Positions 18,337 to 28,689 are shown, numbered from the stretch's first letter. The stretch: 64,000 bases of DNA from Candidatus Thorarchaeota archaeon (GCA_048882485.1 JBHLRP010000011.1:8015-72014), one strand, 5' to 3'. Notes: generated from the sequence alone by a model not told the origin. Numbers and translations are program-made.

Positions 18337-20417
18337 GACTCATACGCTTGGAGCTTCAGAACTTCAAGCCATTCAGAAAGCTCACTCTTCCCGCTGAGGA
18401 CGAGGAATTGCCAAAAGGTCTCATTATCGTTCGAGGCCCTAACTCGACAGGAAAGTCTTCAATCTTCGAAGCTATCCTCTGGGCTCTTTGGGGTTCAGGA
18501 GCAGTTGAGCCAGCGAATGATGAGTTGATTAATTTTGCCTCTTCATTCTGTGATGTAAGGCTGGAGTTTGATATTGCAGGCACCAAGTATGAGATTAATC
18601 GTTCTTACGACCCCGCGAAGGGCATGTCCGTCGTTCTTTCAGAGAAAAAGAATGGCAATTGGAAGCGAATCGCAGACAAGAACCAGACAGTGAGTAGAAG
18701 CATGGAGGATATACTCAACCTAGAACATCAACAGGCACTTCAAACACTTCTTGTCCGCCAAGGCGAAGTTGCTCTAATTGCCAACGCCACTCCCACCGTT
18801 CTTAGAGAATTGCTTGAGAAGGTCTATAATATCGAGCTATTGGGTGAGATGAAGAAGCAGCTCGCGAATCTAGAGGCGAACCTAAAGACCAACATTGATG
18901 TTCTGGAGAAGGAGTACAGGCCTCCTGAACATATTCGTGAACAGATTGCCAATGTCAAGAAGCGTATTGTACATGATGAACGTGAGCTCAAGAAGATTAC
19001 AAAAGAGAGTCGCAAAGCAGAGGAGCTCCTAAAAACCCTGCCAGACCCCAAGGACCTGAAAAGAGCCGCTGAATTACTTGAAGATATCAGAATAAAGGAG
19101 GGAGAACACAAAAGGGTCCTAAAGTTGAGAGAGAGAGAGCTACAAATGGCTGGGATTGCTGATTCAAATCCGGAGATCATTCGTGCAAGATTGGAATTCT
19201 TGAAGAAGGAAAGCGCAAAACTGGATTTAGACAGGGATACAATAATGGAGAAGTCGCATCGCATAGAGAGAGAGATTGGAGAGCATAAGGCCCTGCTAGG
19301 AGATGTCGAAGAGAAGATTACAGGTCTGACAAAGGTGGATGAAGGCGGTCTATGTCCGATATGTCAAAAACCTCTTTCTGCGCACGAATGCAATAGAATT
19401 GTTTCTGAGTATAAGTCTACAGCAGAGAGCCATAAGATGAGAATTGATGCTCTATCCCAGGAACGAGATGCAATCCCTGATGAATTGAAGGAAATAGATG
19501 ATAGACTTAGAACCATTCCTCGTGCAATTGATGCGGCATCCCGCCTAGCAGATCAGCAGAGAGAAGCTGATGCTATCGCCTCTGAGGCAGGGGCGTTGGC
19601 AAACACGCTCGGTTCAGTTCTCAGAAAGATGAATGTGGAAAGCGTTAAGATGCTACTCAAGAAGCATAAGGTCAATGACATTTTGCATCTGCAGAGCAAT
19701 ATAATCAGGCTCAAAGAAACGCTCATTGCGAACAAGACAAGCATTGAGTCTGCATCAAAGAGAATAGAGCGGGGCAAAGAAGAGGTCAAAGAGCTTGAAG
19801 AAAAGCAGGTAAAGATGAAGGAGTTGGGTGCCCAAATCCAGTCAATCGAGGAACTCAAAGAACATACCACATATGTCCGGAGGAAGCTTGTTAGCGGATT
19901 TATAGCAGACTACATTTTTCAGAAACGACTGATTGGAATCATCAGAAAAGCGACCAATGTGTATGTAGATGCGTTCACCAATGGTCAATACACATCGATT
20001 GATCTAGAGCCAACTCCAGCAAAGGGGCGTGCAGGACCCGGCCTTCTTCTCAGGATATGGGATGAACGTGACAAGGCAAAGAAGAGAAGCTCCCAGCTTA
20101 GCTTTGGTGACAGAACTGCCATTAGTCTAGGTCTTCGACTTGGTATCAGCAGGACAATGAGCAGCATTAGACCTTTGAAGGAAAGCCCTGCTGTGGCTCC
20201 GCGTGTCCGAAGTGTGCTTCTTGATGAACCGCTTGGTGGTCTGGATAGGGGCCGGAGAATATCTGTTGTCAAGAACCTAGTGAATGATCAGAGCTTCGAA
20301 CAAATCTTTCTCATAACTCATACTGATGTTGGAGGATGGGAGGGTGTTCCGGTCATAGAAGTGAGCAAGAGTGGTTCTGGCAGTGATGCTTTACTGGTCC
20401 TCTCTCCTGATGTATGA
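18333..20417 (+). CDS. rad50: Rad50/SbcC SMC-family ATPase (short, 694 aa)
   Basis: GPNSTGKSS Walker A, VRQGE Q-loop, CPIC Zn hook, LSFGD signature, LLDEP..GLD, LITH. Confidence 0.92.
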   Translation: MRLIRLELQNFKPFRKLTLPAEDEELPKGLIIVRGPNSTGKSSIFEAILWALWGSGAVEPANDELINFASSFCDVRLEFDIAGTKYEINRSYDPAKGMSVVLSEKKNGNWKRIADKNQTVSRSMEDILNLEHQQALQTLLVRQGEVALIANATPTVLRELLEKVYNIELLGEMKKQLANLEANLKTNIDVLEKEYRPPEHIREQIANVKKRIVHDERELKKITKESRKAEELLKTLPDPKDLKRAAELLEDIRIKEGEHKRVLKLRERELQMAGIADSNPEIIRARLEFLKKESAKLDLDRDTIMEKSHRIEREIGEHKALLGDVEEKITGLTKVDEGGLCPICQKPLSAHECNRIVSEYKSTAESHKMRIDALSQERDAIPDELKEIDDRLRTIPRAIDAASRLADQQREADAIASEAGALANTLGSVLRKMNVESVKMLLKKHKVNDILHLQSNIIRLKETLIANKTSIESASKRIERGKEEVKELEEKQVKMKELGAQIQSIEELKEHTTYVRRKLVSGFIADYIFQKRLIGIIRKATNVYVDAFTNGQYTSIDLEPTPAKGRAGPGLLLRIWDERDKAKKRSSQLSFGDRTAISLGLRLGISRTMSSIRPLKESPAVAPRVRSVLLDEPLGGLDRGRRISVVKNLVNDQSFEQIFLITHTDVGGWEGVPVIEVSKSGSGSDALLVLSPDV

Positions 20418-20475
20418 TTTGTCTGCTATGTAGATAAGGACAAATATAAGGGAAATAATCTGAGAGCCATTCGCA

Positions 20476-22107
20476 ATGTTATCAGGAGACATTAGACGAC
20501 GAGCCCTGAGATTCCTGCTTGAGTATGGGATTCTCATAGTTATCTTGGCTGTTGGTCTTTATGTCTGGGTTACGATATTTCAGGCTGCTGTGGTAGATTA
20601 TTTGGACTCAGACCATTGGGTCTCCAGACATGTCTGGCTTGGACCTGGCGTGAATCCCGGAGAGTTCGATTTCTTTGGGATAACCCTCTACTACCAGTTT
20701 GAGGGATACAGTGACTATTCCTTTTATTACGTCCATTGGGGCCATAACATGCTAAATGGGGTCCTGCCGTATAGTGGTGACTTTGGCCAAATTGTTATCG
20801 ACGGCGTTTCAAATAGGAATGGGGCATACATGTTTCCTCCCTTGACAGTGATTCTATATGCTATCGGAATCATGATTCCTGTCACTGAGTGGGGGATTGG
20901 CCTACTATTGGCTGCCTTTGGGTACCTGACGGTTTTTCCAGTCTACGGTCTTGGAAAGGAACTATCAGGTAACAGACATGTGGGTGAAGCAGCAGCGTTC
21001 ACCTATATTCTTGCTCCGAATGTTCTCTATCATACAACTTTTCTCTGGATGAATCCCTCTCCGTTCATTTTCTTCTTTTTCTTTGGATTCTACATGCTAG
21101 TGATTGGAAAGCGACATCTTGGCACTCTTCTTATAGTAACAGCCGCACTATTCAAACAGACTGCTTGGCTACTTGGAATACCTTTGGTTGTACATCTCTT
21201 AATGAAAGCGCAACCAGTCAAATCAAAGGAAGAAGAGACGCCCTCCAAAACAACCTCGACATCATCGAGCGCGAATGGGACTTCATCTGATATACCCAAG
21301 CCGCGACTTCTTGATAGCATCATTGACATTTTTAGAGAATATTTCGACCTTCGAGAGTTTGCAGTGAGTGTGCTACTAGTTCTCGGATATGCAGGGGCGA
21401 TAATGTATCCCTTTTTCGTGGCAAATCCCAATCTCTGGAACTTTCTGAGGCTGGCGATGGGCGGGTTCCAGATGGAATCCTTCACTGAGGTCCCAGGCTA
21501 TAGTTCCCCTATGCGGCTACAGGTTCTCTTTGTGATTGCAGGACTTCCGGCTCTTGCAGAGATTGTGGACTTCATTGTCTACTCAGGTGGACTCCTGATT
21601 ATGGGAGTCTTGATCTTTTGGGGCTTAATGATGCTGGAGAACAAATATGAAGGGAAGAGGCATGTGTATCTACGACGTATTCTCTTCTTCACCTTGCTTA
21701 TGATGCTCTGGGTGAATATAGCTGGTCCCAGGGGAGTCTTCAAGTACTACTTTACGATGTTTGCTCCATTCTTCTCTATCTTCTCATCTGGTACGATGTG
21801 CATGAGTACGGAGGAGAATGTAAAGTTCTCCACATCAATGCTCTGGTTGCCATTCTTGTTCAGCCTCATGATTCTCATTCCTGTTAGAGCCATTTACCTT
21901 GTCTATGTCATCGCTATTTTCATTGGATATCTGATGGCAAAGAGAATAGGCCGCGTATGGTATCTTGCTACATTTCCTGTTCGATTCGTGAAAAGAAAGA
22001 TCTCCCCTCGGCTCTACCCATTGAAAGCGCGTCTGAGCCGGCCTAAAAAGAGGATTCTTGACTACGCTTATGGAGATCAGGATATTGGCGCAGTTACTGA
22101 GGGGTAA
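20476..22107 (+). CDS. GT-C-fold polytopic glycosyltransferase (GT87/PIG-M-like)
   Basis: About 11-12 TM helices; first loop DYSFYY..W...GVLPY, YMFPPL, ALFKQ, KYY. Confidence 0.7.
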   Translation: MLSGDIRRRALRFLLEYGILIVILAVGLYVWVTIFQAAVVDYLDSDHWVSRHVWLGPGVNPGEFDFFGITLYYQFEGYSDYSFYYVHWGHNMLNGVLPYSGDFGQIVIDGVSNRNGAYMFPPLTVILYAIGIMIPVTEWGIGLLLAAFGYLTVFPVYGLGKELSGNRHVGEAAAFTYILAPNVLYHTTFLWMNPSPFIFFFFFGFYMLVIGKRHLGTLLIVTAALFKQTAWLLGIPLVVHLLMKAQPVKSKEEETPSKTTSTSSSANGTSSDIPKPRLLDSIIDIFREYFDLREFAVSVLLVLGYAGAIMYPFFVANPNLWNFLRLAMGGFQMESFTEVPGYSSPMRLQVLFVIAGLPALAEIVDFIVYSGGLLIMGVLIFWGLMMLENKYEGKRHVYLRRILFFTLLMMLWVNIAGPRGVFKYYFTMFAPFFSIFSSGTMCMSTEENVKFSTSMLWLPFLFSLMILIPVRAIYLVYVIAIFIGYLMAKRIGRVWYLATFPVRFVKRKISPRLYPLKARLSRPKKRILDYAYGDQDIGAVTEG

Positions 22108-22110
22108 ATC

Positions 22111-23598
22111 ATGAGTGGTCTGGCTATGGCAAGGGATTCTGTAAAAGAGAATCTCAGAAGGCATCGTCTGTTTATCATTGTGCTTCTATTGGCTGCAGTT
22201 GTCTGGATCTGGGTCTTTTCTCAAGCAGCAATACAATTTGTCACTAGCACAACATGGCCTCGAGCAGTATGGAATGGCTATGGTAGAATCGATCTCTTTG
22301 GCTTCCCCATCAGATTTGCATACGAGGGCTGGGCTGACCATGATTATTTCTATCATAGCTGGGCTAATCAGTTCCTAAGTGGTCTTATGCCTTATACGCC
22401 AGAATTCGATCACTTAATTCAGAATGAGGCAAATTACAATGTCCCGTACTTCTTCCCTCCGCTCTACCTTTATGTCTGTGTTCTTGGCAAAGTGCTTCAA
22501 CCAGACTTGGGGATTGGGTTTGTTCTCTCCTTGTTTGGATTCATGACCGCATTTCCTGCCTACGGTATTTCCAACTATCTCTCTGGGAACAGGAATGTTG
22601 GAGCTGTCGCAGCAGCGACCTATCTGCTAAGCCCAATAGTGCTTTATCACACTGCTTTCGAGTGGCTCAACCCTGCTCCCTTCGTTTTCTTTGCAATGCT
22701 ATCCTTCTATCTCCTGATGCAAAATAGAAGACTCTCAGGAGTCCTTGCTATGACCACATCGGCGCTTTTCAAGCAGACAGCATTCTTCTTCGCGCTCCCT
22801 CTCATTGCATTCATGTTGAAACGTGCCCCGGAACCTGCTTCTGATGTTGAAGAAAACACAAATGATGAGGGGAAGTCAAAACGCCCAAAGAGTGACAATC
22901 TGGACTTACGGGGATTTGCGATTATGGCACTAGCTGTGTGTACCTATGCAGCAATTCTATCATTGCCATATCTGCTTGACCCACTCAACTATGGAAATGC
23001 AATCTTCTCACGAGCAGGGGCAACTTATCTGGATGACCTCACATCTCCTCCCCCAATGAACTATCCTATAACCCTTGCAGTTCTCTTCATCATTATTGGA
23101 GCGCCTGAGTGGCTGTCTGAACTCATTAATCAGATGACATACTACTCAATCGGGATTGCCATCCCTGTTATACTATTGCTGGTCTTGATGCTGATGGAGG
23201 TAAAGGATGACAGGGACCTTCAATCATACTGGCGGAGGATGCTTTTCATGACCTTGCTCTTGATGCTTTGTGTCCACATATTCTCGCCGCGTGGAATTTA
23301 CAAGTACTACACTGTTGTTCTCGTGCCTTTCTTCTCAATTCTATCAACATCCAGTCTATGCCAGAGGTCCTCCGAGAGAGTAAATGTATCCTTACCCATG
23401 TTGTTTGTGCCAATGATATGCGGATTTGTGATAATGGTGCCCTCAAGAGCTGTCTATATGCTTTACCTCATACTCATTCTTGCTGGATATGTCGTACACC
23501 GGTCATTCTCGGAAGTATATGAATTGGTTGCAGAACCTGCAAGGAAATTGCTTCGTAGGATAAATATTTCGGCACGAAAACGCTTTGCTACTCAATAA
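22111..23598 (+). CDS. GT-C-fold polytopic glycosyltransferase, tandem paralog of the upstream gene
   Basis: EGWADHDYFY..W...GLMPY, YFFPPL, WLNP, ALFKQTA, PRGIYKYY shared with the neighbour. Confidence 0.7.
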   Translation: MSGLAMARDSVKENLRRHRLFIIVLLLAAVVWIWVFSQAAIQFVTSTTWPRAVWNGYGRIDLFGFPIRFAYEGWADHDYFYHSWANQFLSGLMPYTPEFDHLIQNEANYNVPYFFPPLYLYVCVLGKVLQPDLGIGFVLSLFGFMTAFPAYGISNYLSGNRNVGAVAAATYLLSPIVLYHTAFEWLNPAPFVFFAMLSFYLLMQNRRLSGVLAMTTSALFKQTAFFFALPLIAFMLKRAPEPASDVEENTNDEGKSKRPKSDNLDLRGFAIMALAVCTYAAILSLPYLLDPLNYGNAIFSRAGATYLDDLTSPPPMNYPITLAVLFIIIGAPEWLSELINQMTYYSIGIAIPVILLLVLMLMEVKDDRDLQSYWRRMLFMTLLLMLCVHIFSPRGIYKYYTVVLVPFFSILSTSSLCQRSSERVNVSLPMLFVPMICGFVIMVPSRAVYMLYLILILAGYVVHRSFSEVYELVAEPARKLLRRINISARKRFATQ

Positions 23599-24757
23599 GC
23601 TTCTCTAATTCCTGCCTTTTCTTCTCCAGATTCTCACTCAACCGTGCAAGACGTGTATCAAGTTTCTCAACCTGCTCAGTATAGGTGTCCTTGGGCATTG
23701 CACCAGAGGCGTGTCTCTCCTCTATATGATCCCTTAGCTGCTGTACAGATTTGATTTCCTTCTCTAATGCCTTTGCATCAGCTTCCATCTCTGCAGCCTG
23801 ACTCTCTTCATCCGTTTGAAATTGCCTAGATGGAATCATTACTCCAAGCTGTGACTGAGTCTTTTCAGCGAAATCTTGGAATTGGTCTCGAAGCATCTCA
23901 ATGTTCTTCTCTACACTAGTCATCTTCTTGTCCAGTTTGCTGATGTCCTTCTGCAGGTCAAAGACTGCATTGACTAACCTACGCATTGTCTTCTCCATCT
24001 CAGCGCTGGCCTGCGCAGACACCTTTACCTGCTTCTCTTCTTTTTCTTGTTGGGCTTCTAAAACCTTGCTTGGCTTGGCAGTTCTTACCTCTCCGCTCAA
24101 CCATTTGATTGCATTCACCGCAAAGGCCTTGTTGCCCTGATGTTTTATGCCACCGCCTTTTCTGAACACCTCATAACTACCAACGCAAAGCACGCGTCCC
24201 TTTCCTGACTCTGCAATTGCAATGACTGGCTTATTCGGAGGATCAGCAGTATCGGATGTACTGGCTATTGTTGTCGCCTTAGCCGTGACATTAAGAGTGC
24301 AGCCAGACGGTATGAGGATGTCTTGCACATCTTCAGTCACAGGGTGCGAAAGGATATTGGTAATGATAGGCATTGTTGGAAGGCCCGCGTTGTTTCTCTC
24401 ATCACGCACTGCCGTGTTTTCAAAACTGACTCCAAATCCTTTTGAAACCTGACTCAGGTTGTTCATCAAGCCCCGGTCGCCTCCCGACAGCGAGAGCAGC
24501 AATAGACCACCTCCATTCTTCACATACCGCTTCAGAACATCAATCTCGGCTGGTCTCAGTTTTGAGCTATTTGGACAACCAAACACCAAGACATCAGCTT
24601 TCTCAAGGTTCTTTGCGAGTATCATGAACTCAGTGTAAGGCTCAACATCGAAGTCATTGTCCTGCAAGAGCTTGGCGAGTTCTGAATATGTTGTATCGAG
24701 CCTACCCCGTTCATTTTGGGTCTGGTCAAAGAGAACGAGCTTCCTTCTTCCGCTCAA
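23588..24757 (-). CDS. GIFT (GldG/IFT52/DUF4350-like) domain protein with long C-terminal coiled coil
   Basis: LVLFDQTQNE, DVLVFGCP, AEIDVLKRYVKNGGGLLLL, GKGRVLCVGS, GNKAFAVNAIKWL; heptads from about aa 250 to 389. Confidence 0.8.
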   Translation of the reverse strand: MSGRRKLVLFDQTQNERGRLDTTYSELAKLLQDNDFDVEPYTEFMILAKNLEKADVLVFGCPNSSKLRPAEIDVLKRYVKNGGGLLLLSLSGGDRGLMNNLSQVSKGFGVSFENTAVRDERNNAGLPTMPIITNILSHPVTEDVQDILIPSGCTLNVTAKATTIASTSDTADPPNKPVIAIAESGKGRVLCVGSYEVFRKGGGIKHQGNKAFAVNAIKWLSGEVRTAKPSKVLEAQQEKEEKQVKVSAQASAEMEKTMRRLVNAVFDLQKDISKLDKKMTSVEKNIEMLRDQFQDFAEKTQSQLGVMIPSRQFQTDEESQAAEMEADAKALEKEIKSVQQLRDHIEERHASGAMPKDTYTEQVEKLDTRLARLSENLEKKRQELEKLIE

Positions 24758-24916
24758 TAGTGTGTCCTCCTGTCTAGAGGTTGTGCGACGGAATGTGATG
24801 ATAATAGAGAACTAATGAGAGTTGTGTAGGTGTCATCAGCATACCTTCTCCGCTTCGGAAGACTGAAATCTCACATGGGAATGCAGATAGATGGAAAACG
24901 AGTCGGAGGTTGAAGA

Positions 24917-25363
24917 ATGTCAGATGACTGTCTGTTCTGCAAAATAGTGAATGGTGAGATTTCCTCCTCAATTATCTTTGAAGATGATATATCGATGGCT
25001 TTCATGGATATATTTCCCGTCAATAGGGGTCATTGTCTTTTGATTCCCAAACAACACTATGTTAACCTCCTCGATATAGACCTAGGTGTTCTTGGTGAAG
25101 TGAGTAAACGGCTTGCACTACTCACAAGGAAAGTATACAACAGCATAGAGCCAGCGGGGATACTGAATGCAATCACTAATGGCAAGGGTGCTGGCCAAGA
25201 GGTATTCCACATCCATTTTCATGTTATACCCCGAGAGCCTGGCGATGGCTTCGCAACAAGAATGGTACCAGGCACTAATCGCGAGATGGCACCTCGAGAG
25301 GAGTTGGATGAGTTAGCTAAGCTAATCAGGGAAACCGAGCCTCAAATTGGAGAGATCACTTAA
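24917..25363 (+). CDS. HIT family nucleotide hydrolase
   Basis: CLFCKI, GHCLLIPKQH, GQEVFHIHFHVIPR. Confidence 0.95.
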   Translation: MSDDCLFCKIVNGEISSSIIFEDDISMAFMDIFPVNRGHCLLIPKQHYVNLLDIDLGVLGEVSKRLALLTRKVYNSIEPAGILNAITNGKGAGQEVFHIHFHVIPREPGDGFATRMVPGTNREMAPREELDELAKLIRETEPQIGEIT

Positions 25364-25793
25364 TATCCATCAGGTTGAGTCCAGTTATCGCATCCTCAGC
25401 TCGACGTAGGTCTGCGTCGGTTTCAAAAATCACAAGCTCAATGGTGACTGACACCTCACAACCCTCCATCAGATGACCGCCCCAACATCTCCCATTTTCG
25501 TCTGAGACAACCAGATGAGTATGAACCACAATACTATCGTCCTCAAGACGGGAAATGTTGCCTATCCCAGATACTACCTCAAGATCGCGCTCAATCAGGA
25601 AGACCTTGTATTCTCCTGCCTCTCTATCAAAGTACCCAAGCTTCGCCCTTGCTACAGCACCAATTAGTGTAATCTGCCCTGATTTCACATTGTGTTCTGA
25701 CGCAACACGCTCAATTGTCTTTAGAATGTCATCGCCCGGATCCATCCTTGAGATGATGACTCCTTTAAGAGTCGTTTCTATTGACCGAACCAT
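25356..25793 (-). CDS. PPC/DUF296 (AF0104-like) domain protein
   Basis: RMDPGDD, IGAV, EVVSGIGNI, HTHLVVSD, GGHL. Confidence 0.9.
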   Translation of the reverse strand: MVRSIETTLKGVIISRMDPGDDILKTIERVASEHNVKSGQITLIGAVARAKLGYFDREAGEYKVFLIERDLEVVSGIGNISRLEDDSIVVHTHLVVSDENGRCWGGHLMEGCEVSVTIELVIFETDADLRRAEDAITGLNLMDIK

Positions 25794-25884
25794 GCAAGAT
25801 TTCGACTTATTCCTTCTAATGAAGGGTTCGCTCTGAGTGTTCTTTGGAAGCGCTTATCAGGAGTAACTAGCCCAGATATTGTGA

Positions 25885-28689
25885 GTGGAACTGGTGAAAG
25901 ACAAGAGGCCTACTGATGACCAACAGGCATCGCTCGAGGACTTCTTTGCAGCTGATATTGAAGAAGATGAGCCTGAAATAGTAGAGCCGCCGCAAGATGA
26001 ACCTCGTAACTCCCTTCCTGACCATCATATAGATGAGTCTGAAGTAGCTGAAGATGATGACCTAGGGACGGAGGATGAGGAGCTTCCGCCAGATGATACT
26101 GTTGAAGTGGTGACTGAAATCAAGGTGGGCGAAAGAGAAACTCCAATCAACTTGCCGCCTTCATACCTTCTCTCTGTAGACTATGCTGGCACTCAGAGAA
26201 AGGCATTTGCTCGATTATATAATCCAGATGATAGGAGAATCTATTTCTGGTTTGACAACACCGGGCACCAACCCTATTGTTACACTGACTATCCTCCTGC
26301 AGAGGCAAAACGGATGATTGGTCGTCATCAGGGATTTGTACGGTCCGAACGTGTCGAACTCACCGACCTTCTACGTGATGAGCAAGTGAAGATGACCAAG
26401 ATAATTGCCAGTGACCCTCTCTCAATAGGCGGGTCTGCCGGTGCAATAAGGGAGCGCTTAGTAGATCGTTCTGGCCCAACAAATGTAAGTCATGCTTGGG
26501 AGGCTAATATCCGCTATCGCAACTGCTACACGTATGACACCAATATTGTTTCGGGTCTGCCATATCGGATAGAGGATGGCAATCTTATTCCGAGTACTCC
26601 AAAACTAGACAAGAGGATGCTCGAGGAATTCAAGAGCACGTTTGAAGATGATAAGGAACTTGAGAAGATAATCACCGAGTATGCCCCCATGTTCTTCACC
26701 GAAGTTCCTGACATTCGAAGGATTGCTTTAGACATAGAAGTGTATACACCAGTGAAGAATAGGATACCTGATGCTCGAACCGCTCCATATCCTGTAACAG
26801 CTATTGGACTGTCAGATAACGAGGGATATGATAAGTGCTTCATACTGAAGCGGCCGAAGATAAAGGAGGGCACAAAAGGACCGGATTATCCAAAAGAGAT
26901 GGAAATTGCTTACTATGAAGACGAGAAAGAGATGCTTATCGAGGCCTTCAGAATCATTGATGCATACCCTATTGTGCTCACATTTGTTGGTGACGCGTTT
27001 GACTTCCAGTATCTGCATAACCGTGCACAAAAACTAGGAATCAACATGAGCAAGCACTGCCCAATCTATCTTGCAAGAGATTTAGCGCTCTTGCAAAGAG
27101 GTATTCACGTAGACCTATATCGTTTCTTGAAAAACCCGTCAATCCGACTCTATGCGCTTTCTGGAGCATATGAACAATTCAACCTCGAGTCTATTGCCAA
27201 GGGGCTCCTAGGTGTTGGCAAGCTTGATTTAAGTGACGATATTTCCGCGCTCGATTACTTCGAATTAGCTCATTATTGCTGGCGAGATGCCAACTTGACT
27301 CTTCGCCTAACTACCTTTGATGACAATCTCCTTCTGAGGTTGATAGTGCTACTGATGCGTGTATCCAGGCTATCAATGGAGGACGTCACCAGGCTATACA
27401 TCTCATCTTGGATTCAATCATTGTTTAGGCAAGAGCATCGTTCAAAGAACTACATCATTCCACGTAGGATTGACATAGACAGTGTGAAGTCTGTCGAGGC
27501 TCAGACTGAAGCAATGATCAAAGACAAGAGCTTCAAGGGTGCCATTGTGATCGAGCCTGTAGCAGGAGTCCACTTCAACGCTACCGTGCTCGACTTTGCG
27601 AGCCTATATCCAACCATCATGAAACAACACAACATTAGCTACGAAACCATTGACTGTCCTCATGAGTCTTGTCGAAGTAATCCGAAAAACCGGGTTCCCG
27701 AAACAGACCACTGGGTGTGCACTGAACGAAAGGGAATGATTAGCCAGACTATCGGATTCTTCAGAGACACGCGTGTGAAGTGGTTTAAACCCAAGAGTAA
27801 AGACAAAACTCTGAGAGAGCAGACACGAGCCTGGTATGGAGTTGTTGAGAAAGCACTCAAGGTATTTGTCAATGCCGCATACGGTGTCACTGGCGCTCAG
27901 CATTTTGAGCTCTTCTGTATGCCTGCAGCGGAGAGTACTACTGCCTATGGCCGTAATGCAATCATTGAGACCAAGAAGAAGGCGGAGGAAATGGGAATCC
28001 GTGTTCTTTATGGCGACACCGATTCGGTCTTCCTTGATAATCCGAATGAGGAGCAGCAAAAGGAGCTAGTCAAGTGGTCGACAAAAGCTCTGGGTATTGA
28101 CCTAGAGGTCGAGAAGACATACAAGTACGTCGCACTGTCGGATAGGAAGAAGAACTACATTGGAGTCTATGAGTCAGGCTACGTTGAAGTGAAGGGATTA
28201 AGTGGAAAGAAGAGAAACACCCCCGACTTCGTTCAAGATGCATTCCGTGAGATGCTTGATGCATTGAGCAAGGTAGACAATTTGGAAGGCTTTAAGGCTG
28301 CTAAGGAAGAGATTCGAGAAATTGTCAACTGTGTCATAGATCGCCTCGAAGGAAAAGCAGATCCATATTCACCTGAAGAGCTAGCCTTCCGGGTTCAGAT
28401 TACGAAACGAATTGGGGACTATGGGCTTTCGAAGCCTCAACATGTCCGAGCAGCAGAGATGCTGCAGAGTGCGGGTTTTGATGTACCGCCGGGAACAATT
28501 GTGGAATATATCAAAATCAAGGGCGGTGATGGGCTTCTCCCTGTCCAGTTGGCAGGTGAAAAGAGCTATTGGCTTGACAAGGATAAATACATTGACACGC
28601 TGAAAAGTGTCTTTGGCCAAGTTTTAGACTCGGTTGGAATCAACTTCGAGGAATTGCTCGGATTTACAACACTTGACCAGTTCTTCTGA
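25885..28689 (+). CDS. polB: Family B DNA polymerase, PolB1-type
   Basis: ExoI ALDIE, ExoII GDAFD, ExoIII YCWRDA, DFASLYP, KVFVNAAYG, YGDTDS, KKNY; B1-like YLLSVDY..KA..RLY N-domain. Confidence 0.95.
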   Translation: MELVKDKRPTDDQQASLEDFFAADIEEDEPEIVEPPQDEPRNSLPDHHIDESEVAEDDDLGTEDEELPPDDTVEVVTEIKVGERETPINLPPSYLLSVDYAGTQRKAFARLYNPDDRRIYFWFDNTGHQPYCYTDYPPAEAKRMIGRHQGFVRSERVELTDLLRDEQVKMTKIIASDPLSIGGSAGAIRERLVDRSGPTNVSHAWEANIRYRNCYTYDTNIVSGLPYRIEDGNLIPSTPKLDKRMLEEFKSTFEDDKELEKIITEYAPMFFTEVPDIRRIALDIEVYTPVKNRIPDARTAPYPVTAIGLSDNEGYDKCFILKRPKIKEGTKGPDYPKEMEIAYYEDEKEMLIEAFRIIDAYPIVLTFVGDAFDFQYLHNRAQKLGINMSKHCPIYLARDLALLQRGIHVDLYRFLKNPSIRLYALSGAYEQFNLESIAKGLLGVGKLDLSDDISALDYFELAHYCWRDANLTLRLTTFDDNLLLRLIVLLMRVSRLSMEDVTRLYISSWIQSLFRQEHRSKNYIIPRRIDIDSVKSVEAQTEAMIKDKSFKGAIVIEPVAGVHFNATVLDFASLYPTIMKQHNISYETIDCPHESCRSNPKNRVPETDHWVCTERKGMISQTIGFFRDTRVKWFKPKSKDKTLREQTRAWYGVVEKALKVFVNAAYGVTGAQHFELFCMPAAESTTAYGRNAIIETKKKAEEMGIRVLYGDTDSVFLDNPNEEQQKELVKWSTKALGIDLEVEKTYKYVALSDRKKNYIGVYESGYVEVKGLSGKKRNTPDFVQDAFREMLDALSKVDNLEGFKAAKEEIREIVNCVIDRLEGKADPYSPEELAFRVQITKRIGDYGLSKPQHVRAAEMLQSAGFDVPPGTIVEYIKIKGGDGLLPVQLAGEKSYWLDKDKYIDTLKSVFGQVLDSVGINFEELLGFTTLDQFF

